In this document: in pieces, positions 37,301 through 49,900 of the stretch
Layout: the number at the start of each line of letters is the position of its first letter
How positions within the stretch are numbered: the stretch's first letter is position 1
Assembly: GCF_018350175.1 (NCBI RefSeq)
Contig: NC_058368.1
Location: forward strand, 19,408,001 to 19,472,000
From: Felis catus
Lineage: Eukaryota
Length of the DNA: 64,000 nucleotides
Reading direction: 5' to 3'
Notes under the pieces: generated by a model
Seen by the model: the letters and a program-made list of their open reading frames with translations, nothing else
Databases searched by the model: none
Told to the model about the DNA's origin: nothing
Made by a program: the position numbers and the translations under genes

Positions 37301-40300
37301 AAGAGTAAACATTTCTCTGCATAGAAAAACAGGCTTTTTTTTTTTTTTTTTTAATAGCCTCTAATACCAAGAGGGGGTTTGGCCTCAAGTTAAGCAGCAA
37401 GGCAGCTGGTCCAACCTGGGTGGGAGGGCAGACTGTCCCGAGAAGAGCCCTGGGTCAGCAGCATTGTTTTGTTTCCTTGTACTGCTTTTTAAGAATTTGA
37501 ATCAACATTTAAGTAAACTGATTTGGTGCTTCTGATAATTGGAAATCTTTAAGTAAACTGATTTGGTGCTTCTGATAATTGGAAATCTTAGCAAAAATCA
37601 GCTGGGTACCCCGCTTTAGCTCAGAAAAACAGTCCCTGGTTCACCATAGTCCGCACCACAAACAGGGTGGTGTAAGACTTGTAAATGTTCCCATCCGGCC
37701 CGGTGGCTGCATTCCCTGTTGGACCACCCTGGCTATAGGGGGCGCTCTGGGACAGGGGAGGCTGTGGACCTACAGATGACCCGGTGAGGACAAAATTCTG
37801 TGTGATCGTAGGAAGTGGGGCCAGTGAGTTTCTAGAAACTCTTAGAAAAATGCTAGGAAACAGCTGGAAGTTGTTTCCTACCTGTTCTATAATCATCACC
37901 CTTCATTTCCTCAAGCCTTTGGGATGTCTTTCTCGGCTCCTGCTGCACACAGAGGAAGTATTGCTAAGCAGTGGAACCCTTTTCCTCACTGTACTGAATC
38001 CTTGTTTTCATTTTTTTTTCACTTCTCATTATGTTTTCTTCAGTTTTTTAAGATTTAATGATGCTTTTTGTTCTATAAAGTAGCTCCTTATTAAATCAAT
38101 CATATGTAAGTACTAAAGAGCAAGTCTCCAGTCATGTATTGTTAGCACATTTTTCAGTTTATGGAGTGCCAACTGCTATGTCCTTACTTAGTAGAACTTT
38201 GGTTCTGTCAATAGCCTGGAGTAGAATATACCTTTGTAAATCAACCCAATTTTCCCCTTTGAATCAAAACAAATCTGTGTTGAGTCCTGCCTTCTTCCCC
38301 TGAATTGTTCAAAATCCCATACATACACATATTTTCTTTGAGCATGTGAAGCTGAAAACCCCGAGGCCCTCAGATTGTAGCAAAGTTTGTGTATCTTTTC
38401 TCTGCTGGGATTCTGACCAACTACATATTGTTTTAATTTTACCTCTTAGGACTAAGAATAGATAACGTATCTGAACGCATTTGTAAAAAAAAAACTGGTC
38501 AACCTGTAAAATTGTAAAGATACACAAATACAAAGCACTGTAAGGATAAAGGCTTTAATTCGGAATTATGGATATTTCTTGGTGTGTGAACTCTTGTCTT
38601 CCCCAGGGATATTTGGTCTCTTGGCTGTGTCTTATATGAGCTTTGCACACTCAAGCATCCGGTAAGTATATTAATTGTCAAATTAATCTTGAATTATTGA
38701 AACTGTGTAAGTGAAATTAACTTTTGAGAGGAAAAAGGTTAATGTTTGGAGTTACTAGATTGTTAAAAATTATATGGACAAGATGTTAAGACGAATGGTC
38801 GACCTATATATACTGACATGGAAAGATGTCCAACTTAAATATTCAGGTTAGAGAATAGTATACATAGAATATTTTCATTAAAAATAAATCATGTGAGGGA
38901 CACCTGGGTGGCTCATTTGATTAAGTGTCCGACTCTTGATTTCAGCTCCGGTCATGATCTCACGGTTTGTGAGTCTGAGCCCCACATGGGGCTCTGTGCT
39001 GGCAGTATGCAGTCGGCTTGGGTTTCTCCCTCTCCCTCTCTCTGCCCCTCCCCTGCTCACCTGCGTGCTCTCTCCCTCTCTCAAAATAAATCAACGTAAA
39101 AAGTTAATTGTTAAAAAAATAAAAATAAATACATTGTGTGCGAATATAATCAGCAAAGGGGAAGGGTGCATGGGGTGAAGTCTATAGGAAACCAAGCACA
39201 AGCTTCTAAGAGCCTCTCCCAATGGAGTCACACAGGATACGCTAATTTCTCCAGCAACATGTTGTGACAGCACATGTGACATGTTAGCAACCAGAGAAGC
39301 TCTTTAGAGACCCAGTGCCCAAGGTTTTTATGTGGCACTGGGTCATGTAGGCACCCTATATCTGGCATATACTAAGCTTCCAGAGTCCCAGGAAGAAAGC
39401 AGGTGTTCAGCGTAAACCATATTATTTGCACAAGTGGTATAGGCAAAGAAAGCCACTCTGAATATTTAGAGAGTGGTGGGAACTCTCCTGCAATGCGAGT
39501 TCCCAGATGCCAGCCAAGGTGCAATATAGTAAGCAGGTTCTTCTAAGGAGAGCGGTCCTTAACCTGCTGTGTTAACTCTCTTCTGCTGCTATTACTCTTA
39601 TTATTAATTATTACTATTATTGGCAATGGCCACACAGCTAGTAAGGGCCTGATCAAAACCGGATCTTTACAGCCACCCCAGGCTGCTGAGCATTATTATT
39701 ATGTGTAAATAACCAATGACTTCACAAAATGGAAGGTTTTGTGGTTCATGAGGAATTTTTGAGGAGATGTTTATGTCATATTAATTTAGAAAGCAAGATG
39801 TAAAATTTCATGTTATTCTGACCTCAACTCTGTAAACATTATTTTACTTTTTCTTTCTTTCTTTCTTTTTTTTTTTTTAACGTAAGCTCTATGCCCAACA
39901 TGGGGCTTCAACTCACAACCCCGCACTGAGCCAGGCAGGCGCCCCAATAAACATTATTTTGAAAAAAGACTAGAAGGAAATATACCGCTGGCCGGGAAAA
40001 TCATATGTACTTGCCCTCTTTGTAGCTTCCTATGCCTTCTCGTTTTTTAGAATGAATAAATATCATTTTGATAATAAGGAAAAATTAAAACCAAAAAAAC
40101 CTTGTTTTACGTAACATGACATCACATTGGGTAACTACCTATAATACCTACTCATGAAGTATTAGTTGATGACAACAATTTAGGGTGGACTATTGTGCTT
40201 CCAAATGAAGCTTTAAACCATTGTTTTTTGTTTTTGCATTTTTTTTTTTTTTTTTGAGATTCAAATTCCACTTTGTTTATTTAAAAAGTCCGGATTGGGC

Positions 40301-41385
40301 AAAGGCAAAGGGACTGCTTTCACAAGGGCCCCTCAGCTGGAAAAGGGAAGGGCGGTCAGTTCTAGCACCCCCAGTTCTGGAGTGCAGGAATCTGAGGGCA
40401 ACAGGCAGAGGGCCCCACCCCAAGTGTGAGAGTGTGTCCCTGCAGCGTGCCCGCCGATGGGGGCACAGGTGGTGAGCACCTGCTAGAAACTCTGTTTTGT
40501 TTCTTAGTATTACTTTACATGCAAGTACTGAATTCTTCTCTGACTTAGGATCGTTATTCCTTGTCCTTCCAGTTTGAGGGTAACAACTTACACCAGCTGG
40601 TTCTGAAGATTTGTCAAGCACATTTTGCCCCAATATCCCCGAGGTTTTCCCATGACCTGCAGGCCTTGATATCTCAGCTCTTCGAAGTATCTCCCCGAGA
40701 TCGGCCATCTATTAATTCCATTTTGAAAAGGCCATTTTTAGAGAATCTTATTGCCAGATACTTGACTCCTGAGGTGAGCTCTGAGGTGATTCTGTGTGGG
40801 TTTTGACAGAGATTTTGGTTAGCAAGTCCTTGACACATGTGTTTCATCTTAGGTCATGCACGAGGAATTCAATCACAGCATCACTCATAAAGCAAGATCT
40901 TTGGCTTCTCAACCTCCAGGGAAGAGGATCCAAGGTAAGAACGATTTGACCATGTGATCAAAACATCTGTCTTATGTGCATCTCACACAGTGAGTTGGGA
41001 TATCCCAACCAAATTCCACCAAATACACCGAATATGGATGTTTAAAGAATATGAGTAATGGAAGCAGGAGAAAAATCATCTTGTTGAATGGTGACTAATG
41101 GTGGTGCCTGTATATCTAGCCGACGCATGATCTGGATGACTTATGTCCTCTCTTCTCATTAGTTAGAAACTTCAAGAAGCAGTGGATTTACGAATAAAGA
41201 GACACTTGAAGAAGTAGAATCCTGGGGTGCCTGGGCGGTGCAGTCAGTTAAGCGTCTGACTCTTGATCTTGGCTTACGTCATGATCTCACAGTTTGTGAG
41301 TTCGAACCCCACACTGGGCTGTATGCTGATGGTGTAAAGCCTGCTTGAGATTCTGTCTCTCCTCCTTTCTGCCCCTCCCCAGCAT

Positions 41386-41432
<47 letters not shown>

Positions 41433-42062
41433 ATAAATAAATAAGTTTAAAAAAATTAAAAAAAAAAAAGAAATAGAATCCTAACCTAACTTTTGCATAG
41501 GAAAGAGACAGTAAGAGAAGGTTCACAGACAGGCCTGGGACAATGAGATGAAGCTTATTTTTTAAAAACAGAGAGGATTGGGCGCCTGGGTGGCACAGTC
41601 GGTTAAGCGTCCGACTTCAGCCAGGTCATGATCTCGCCGTCCGTGAGTTCGAGCCCCGCGTCGGGCTCTGGGCTGATGGCTCAGAGCCTGGAGCCTGTTT
41701 CCGATTCTGTGTCTCCCTCTCTCTCTGCCCCTCCCCCGTTCATGCTCTGTCTCTCTCTGTCCCAAAAATAAATAAACGTTGAAAAAAAAAATTTTTTTTT
41801 AAATTAAAAAAAATAAAATAAAATAAAATAAAATAAAATAAAATAAAATAAAATAAAATAAAAACAGAGAGGATAGACTGGCAATTCAGAATTCTCTTGC
41901 AAAGGCCCCTTAGAGCTGAAGTTAGTACCTCAGACATAATTGGTAATAGTGTGATCTTTATTATATAACCCCTGAAGGAAGCAGGTAATACTTTATGGTC
42001 ATGATCAATAGAAAAACAATTTTAGTGGTGGTTTCAGGGGTCAGCTGATGATGTGCTCTGTG

Positions 42063-42143
<81 letters not shown>

Positions 42144-45100
42144 TTAAAGAAGACAAAATTACTAATGTCATTGATGTTGTGAAATAAAGGGCAGCATAGA
42201 CTTAGTCATAACCAAATGTCTGAACTGACAGGTGAAGAGGAGGAGAAAATCTCCCCAAGGAGTCAGGGAAATCTATCTACTGTGATAGAGAAACTGAACT
42301 TGAGGAAAGTTGTCAAGGGAAGAAGAGTGAATGAGTCCCTCTGCCACGTGTAATTTGGTCTGGTGTAGTTATGTGTGGGCCTAGATTGAGGACATTTCAA
42401 AAGTGGATAAGTGGAGGGTGAGAAAAAGCATGCTGTCCATATTTCTAATATAAGAAAGAAAGGAAAACAGGAAAAAAGCCTGATGGTGACAAACACAGAC
42501 ATGTTAGAAACCTGCTCATACACTGAAAACAACAATGTGGCATGAGTGGTGTGGCCTATAACCCAAGCTGTGATGACTATATGTAATTACTTGTACATAT
42601 CTGATTATTACTTGTACATGTCTGATTATTGTACATATCTGGTTATTACTTGTACATATCTGATGCATGCTGTCTCTGTAAATGTTAGCATTAATCCCTA
42701 ATTTTTTAAAAGTAGTGTTATATATTACTAGAAATTTGTGAAGGAACCCTGGATAGAATGGTTTTCTCTGTTCAAAGAAAAAGCATGGTGTGGGGCGCCT
42801 GGGTGGCTCAGTCACTTAAGCATCCAACTCTTAATCTGGGCTCAGGTCGTGATCTCACAGTTCATGGGATCGAGCCCCGTGTCGGGCTCTGCACTGACAG
42901 CGTGGAGCCTGCTTGGGATCCTCTCTCCCTTCCTGTGCCTCTCTCTCTCAAAATAAATAAGCACTTTTTTAAATGCATGGTGGTTTTCCATCAGCACTTC
43001 TCCCACTGGGTCTAAATATCTGTGGCTAAAGTGAGCTTACTGTGTTACGATATGTCCCTTATGTTTATACTCTCACAAGCATCGATACTAAAATGCGAAC
43101 ATTTTAAAGAAATTGAAGTTGTTTTATTTTGGTTAAATAAGATTCTAAAATACAGAAAGCGAGATTCCAGGCAAAGTGCCTACCAAGATCAAGGATATCA
43201 GTGCCTGTTAAGAGGAAGGAAATATTACATAGAAATGAATGGAGACCACCAGCTGGAGCCCAGAAGCCCATAGCCGTAAGTCGTACTAAACCCTTTCTCT
43301 AGTTTGTTAGCAGGTAGCGTGTTCTATGGATTTACTTCAACATGTTCGTGAAGTACAAGCTCATTACTTTGGAGTCTCCTTATTTTGTACTTTTAGTAAA
43401 ATCATTCTGTAATGAGCATTCAAGTGGTATCTCATTAGATAACTTCTAGTTATTATATTTTTAAACACAATGCTGTAATTTCTTATAAGTAGTCTATGTA
43501 GTAGTTTTAGTTTTCCTTTTACAACTCAAAAGTCTTTAATTTATTTAAAGAAATAACATTTTTCTATATAAAACAAGTGAGTAGCATAACTGCAGAAAAC
43601 ATTATGCTTTTTTTTTTTTTCTTTAAAGTAGGCTCCATGCCTGCGTGGAGCCCAGTGCAGGGCTTGAACTCATGACCCTGAGATCAAGACCTGACCTGAG
43701 ATCAAGAGTCAGATGCATTACCAACTGAGCCACCCAGGAGCCCCAGACATATGCATTTCGTTCTCTTAATTCTAACGTGTTATGTATAATTGAGAAACTT
43801 TTATTATATAATCAGTGATTTTTTTCCTAGAGATTCTTTATGCTTATTTATCGGAATCCACATTAGCAGAGCATTGAATCTCTTAGTTGATGCTAGTGAA
43901 ATGCTTCTGGTATATATATGATTAAATGGCTATTGTCTTTTAGTCGAAGAATTGTATTTTTAAAGAAGGCTTATGGTATAATTAGAGGACCATTTGGAAA
44001 TACGTTTACTCAGGTTTACTTGCTATGTAGACATTTTAGAAAATGTGTGGTTTATAGATAGATTTTGAAACTATTTATTAAATTATTGTTCTTCATTTGA
44101 TACACCGTGGTTTAACTTTATTAAAGAAATTTAAAAGTCGGGGCACCTGGCCGTCTCAGTCGGAAAAACACGTGACTCTTGATCTCAGAGTAATGAGTTC
44201 AAGCCCCACGTTGGGTGTGGAGATTACTACAAAAATAAACAAATAAACTTAAAAAAAGAAATTTAAAAGTATGTTGTGATTTAGAATACTCTGTAGCAGA
44301 CTCCTAGGAGAGAGAAAACATCTAAAAGATTCAAGGATGGATTAAGTTAGGAGAACAAGTTGATGTTTTTCTAATCAATCCATTGAAGGTTTCTGCTAAT
44401 GCAAAGGAATGAGTGGGTCTCCACAGGGACCACCTGTGGTGTTCTCATTACCATTTGGGGTTTTAGACAAAACCCTAAAGAAGCTGTTAATTTTCTTCCA
44501 ATACTTGTCTCTGTTTCTAGACATTTTTCAACAAGTCATTAGTAGGACCTTGTTTGGGGTTATATATAGGTAAAATTGCAAAACTAAGAAACATAAGTCA
44601 TACTTTAAAAGATTTTTAAAATGAATACATAATTTATGTTTAGACTAATAAACCAGATTTTATGCACTTATTTTAATATCTAAATAAAACCATATGAAGT
44701 TGCCATTTTTTGTAAGTTAAAAATCGTCCAATATCTACAATTCGATGTGGTTCAATTAACATATATATGAACCACACAGCATTAAGAAGAACAGAGGAGA
44801 TAGTGTGTTACTTCTTCACAGTGAGGAAATTTCAGTTTAAACCATTTGTTTGGGTATTTATATTTCCAGCTACCAGTTCTAGTCCTTTCCAATGGTTTGA
44901 ACTTCTTTTACTCTTTTGTTCTCATCTGTTCAGTAGGCAGAATTGTCCTGGTTAACGTTAAATTGACCCGAGTTTGCTGTTCAGCAACAGGGTCCTGACT
45001 GGTTTTCATGTGTTAATTTGGCCTTGTTCTTGTCTTCTAGCTCAGTGGCCTTCACTTAACTCCAAGACAAACACTTGTTTCTGGTTCTCCTACCATTCTG

Positions 45101-46919
45101 TTTTGTTTGGGAAGGGTGGTGAGATGTAGCTCGGGGTGATAATATGCCTGTGGCAGCTGTTACATGACTTTCCTTGTGTTTACTTGGGAAGAAGGACTGA
45201 ATGATTCAGCATTTTCTTTCCTTCAAGTCATGATGACATTTTGTATTTAGTCAATTTATCAGAACCTAAAAATGTTGCGAATCCCCAAATTTGTGGGTGG
45301 CACAATACCATTTGTTCTCCCATAAAGTACAGCAAGATGTAAATAAGTTTATAAAAATATGAAGTAATAATTCTGAGTTTAGTTTCAGATCTTGGGTTGA
45401 CTAGGCATACTCACTAGCTAAGTATTTTTGGTAGACCAATCATGACGTATGCAAGATTCCTATTCACACCTTAATAAAATGATAAACTACTGTGCTATAG
45501 TACTTAGACTTCTCAAGTATTTTCCAGTTCCAGGATTTGGGGATTCTAAGATTATTTACCTCTCAAAACTAGTCTAGAGCAAAAAACCAAAAACATACCT
45601 TCAGTGCCTTGTCTTAGCTATGGTCACCATCAAACTGTCAATTATTAGAGATTTTAATTATGTGTCTTCAAAATCCTTCCTCTTCTTTTTGATCCTTCAG
45701 ATAAAAATGGTAGAAAGGCCCAAACTTCCTGCACTCTGTGGTCATTATGATTATTATTATGCTCAACTTGACGTGTTGCGGAAGAGAACTCATGAACCAA
45801 GTTACCACTGTGTTCCTCCAAAAGATTCTGGAGTGGAGGAGAATTATAAACAGGAAGAAAGCCACAGTCCATCACCAGGTCAATGGTAATGTCAGAATCT
45901 TAGTTAAGCTTTGGTCCTCTGAAAATATCTTGATATATCAACATTTATTCTGAAGCCCTTCCAAATTTTCCTAAAACAAATAACCCAAGAGGAACTTCCA
46001 AACTCTTCATCTTGAATACTCGAGTCAGAGTTTCTTTTGCTCTTTTTCATCTCAAATCTGATGTAGCTTGTCTTCTTTTTCATGGAACCATGAACATGTA
46101 TGTATGTTATTTTCCAAAGAAATTATTAATATCAATCAATAACAATTGAATTGTAATCAGATTATCATTTGAGACGTATTAAAAAGACATATTGAAAATT
46201 CAGCATGTATTTTCCTGGGATCTTTCATTTGTGTGCCAGCATGAATAGCCTCTAGAGGTACAGGAATGGCGCAAACCATGGCGTCATGGAGCTCAGAGTG
46301 TAGTGCAGGAAATGGACAGGCAACTGGCAGTCAAATCAGGGGTGCAAGGCCATCAGTCAGATGCCTGCCCAAAGCGTGAGAATGTCATGGTATGGATTTT
46401 TCTCTTTCCCTCCAACATATTGTAGACCATGGATGGACTGATCCTGTCCTCAAGAAAAATCACTGCATCAGAATATGTTTCTGTTTTATCCTCTCCCGTA
46501 TCCCCAATTGGTACAGTTCTCTTTGCTTCCTTTTCTTCCTGAGTCCACAGGATGCATTCTGTAACTCTGAACCACTTCTTGAACTCAGAACTTTAAGCCA
46601 CAGGTGAACTGTGAATCGCATTCCTGAATTGAAAATCCACTCCTCAAATTGGTGCCTAAGTCTAGTAAAAGTTTCTACTCAAGCTGAACATTTTTATTTT
46701 CTAAGGCCTGCTGAATACCTTCAGAGGAGATTTGAAGCTCAACAGTATAAGTTGAAAGTGGAAAAGCAGTTGGTAAGTAAAATACCAATCGTCAGAGGCA
46801 ATCAGGAACTTCCTGTTCACAGATATTCATGGGTCCTTATGTCCAAGTGCATTCTGCATAGAAGATCAAGACTACTCTCCACCTTCTCCAATTTTTATTT
46901 TTCTTTTCTTTTTTTACTT

Positions 46920-46959
<40 letters not shown>

Positions 46960-49900
46960 AGGGGAGAGGGGCAGAGGGAGAGAGAAAGAGGATCTTACAC
47001 AGGCACCATGCTCAGCGTGGAGCCCTATGTGGGGCTTGATCCCACGACCCTGGGATCATGACCTGAGCTGAAATCAAGAGTTGGACCCTCAACTGACTGA
47101 GCCAACCAGGTGTCCCTTAATAGCTAACGAAGAATAATGGGAATAGGCTTGAATCAGAGCTTGGGCGGCCTGGTTTCTTTCCTGGCTCTGTCCCTTGCTG
47201 TGTGACCTTAGGCAGGTCATACAACCTCTCTGAGCCTCAGTTTCCTTTTTATAAGTGACAGTTTGGGAGTAGATGAGCTTTGAGGTCCCTTTCAGTGATA
47301 AAATTCTTTGATTCTATTTTATTAGAATACCATACATCTTTTAAAAAGTGACTATTGTATTTTATTTGAAATGAAAGTTAGCTTTTTAAAGTTTAACCTT
47401 TATTCTTTAGTGTCAGAGTTCCGGGGTGGAGGCTGGATACGCATTCAATTTCTATTACTCTTACTTTGAACTACTCAAAAGCTCTAGTTCTGTTCCCCTA
47501 CCTAACCTGATGCTCCAATGATGGCTCAACTTTTACAGAACTTTAATTTCACAATCATAGTTTACCAGTTCAGAAAATGAATCTGGGTGTCTCACATGGT
47601 AGCATAAAATATTGATTGCTTAGGATAACAACATAAGTGGCTTTATTAAATTTCTTTACTTTTTAAGTATTTCATATTTAAATTAAGAAAATTCTGCTCA
47701 GGGGCGCCTGGGTGGCGCAGTCGGTTAAGCGTCCGACTTCAGCCAGGTCACGATCTCGCGGTCCGGGAGTTCGAGCCCCGCGTCAGGCTCTGGGCTGATG
47801 GCTCAGAGCCTGGAGCCTGTTTCCGATTCTGTGTCTCCCTCTCTCTCTGCCCCTCCCCCGTTCATGCTCTGTCTCTCTCTGTCCCAAAAATAAATAAATG
47901 TTGAAAAAAAAAAAAAAAGAAAATTCTGCTCATCCCAAATAGTGAGTTTTATTCGCAATATAATTCTTGTTTAAAGAAAAAGGTCAAATGAGAAGATGTT
48001 TCTAAGATGCAAATATGCTTTAAAATTATTTCATTTGAGGGGCACCTGGGTGGCTCAGTCGGTTAAGCGTCCGACTTCAGCTCAGGTCATGATATCACGG
48101 TCCGTGAGTTCGAGCCCTGCGTCAGGCTCCGTGCTGAGGGCTCAGAGCCTGGAGCCTGTTTCCGATTCTGTGTCTCCCTCTCTCTGACCCTCCCCCGTTC
48201 ATGCTCTGTCTCTCTCTGTCTCAAAAATAAATAAACGTTAAAAAAATTTTTTTAATAGAAAAAAATAAATACAATTATTTCATTCGATTGATAGGGTCTT
48301 CGTCCATCTTCTGCTGAGCCAAATCACAACCAGAGACAAGAGCTAAGAAGTAATGGAGAAGAGTCTAGATTCCAGGAGCTGCAGATCAGGAGAAACAAAA
48401 TGAAGGAACAGGTTAGAAGCAGTCTAATTCCCGGGCTCCCACTGTACTTGCCATTGTCTTTGTACTGTTCTGTATATTACTTTTAGTGTCCCAACAGTAC
48501 ACCTGAAAGGCGGAGCTCCCTTGCCCAGTACTTGTTGGACACACTCGTGTGAACCTCCACGCTGGGAGTTCGAGGGGTTACAGAGATACATATTTCACCT
48601 CCTCGGAGAATGTGATGTGGTGAACTTCATAAGGCTTTTTACCTTGGATTGATAAAGTAACCACCCATCATTAACATTTTTGAAACATGTATTCGCTTTC
48701 TGGGGCTGCCTTCACAAAGTACAACAAACTGGATGCTGTAACACAACAGACATGTATTGTCTCCCAGTTCCGGAAGCTGGAAGTCCAAAGTCAAGATGGC
48801 GGCAGGGCCATGCTCCCTCTGAAAGCTGTAGGGGAATCCTTTGCTTCTTGCCCACTTCTGGTGGCTTGTCAGCAATCTTTGACATTCCTTGGCTTGCAGC
48901 CGCATGACTCATTCTCTGCCGTCAACACATGGCATTCTCTCTCAGTGTCTCTGCCTTCATGTGGCTTTCTTCTGAAAAGGACCCCCCCCTCATGTTGGGT
49001 TAGGGATCCGCTCTACTCCAGTATGACCACATCTTAGCTTAACCAGCTATATCCGCAGTGACACTATTTCCAAATAAGGTCACATTCTGAGGTACTGGAG
49101 GTTAGGACCCAAAATAGCTTTTCTAGGGGGGTAAAACTCAACCCATAAAAGTGGATATATGAGGTAATTGTATGTCATGAGCACAGTTAGGGTTATATAT
49201 AAAAGTGAGATCACCCCAAGCCACCCCATCGAAGTAACAGGGAGGGAAGTACCACAGCTAAGACATAGATTATCATCTTTAGGAACAATGGGTTTTCTGA
49301 TTCTTACTGTTTGTCACACATTCTTTAAATCGTAGGCTGTATAAGAGACTACTTTGCTCAGTTGTTCACCAACATTTCAACCTTTTGAATTGGGCTTGCT
49401 TTCCAGGAATATTGGAAGCAGCTAGAGGAAATACGCCAACAGTACCACAATGACATGAAGGAAATTAGAAAGAAGATGGGGAGTGAACTAGAGGTGAATA
49501 CATTTTTCTCCCGAAGGAAATATGGTACTACTGATTTCGATCTACCTAAAGTGAGCAGGGTTTCAAAAGCAGCATTCTCCTCATGGCAATTAGAAAATAT
49601 TATCATGCAACCTTTTAATGGGAAAGCTAACAGATCTAACTGAAACTTTTAATATGGTTTGCTTGAGACGACGACGGTGAGGGTATCTGAGATTCTCCGT
49701 TAGGAATGGCCATTCTTAAAAATACCTGTTCATTGTCTGCCTCATGAATTAGTCAATACGGATTGACTTTACACCAGAACTAGGTTAGAAGCAGAAGGTA
49801 AGTCCAGGCCCATAAGATAGGAAAAAAGATGAGCACTTATTGAATTCAGCAATGCTGGAATAGCATATGCAGGGGTGAGGTTTGAAAGCCTGTATCAGGC

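Noticed and set aside
40277..40708. 143-aa minus-strand ORF
   Set aside because: Antisense to a real NEK5 exon, with no independent coding signal.
42587..42664. Short repeat array resembling CRISPR
   Set aside because: Head-to-tail units with no spacers, in a mammalian intron; a minisatellite.
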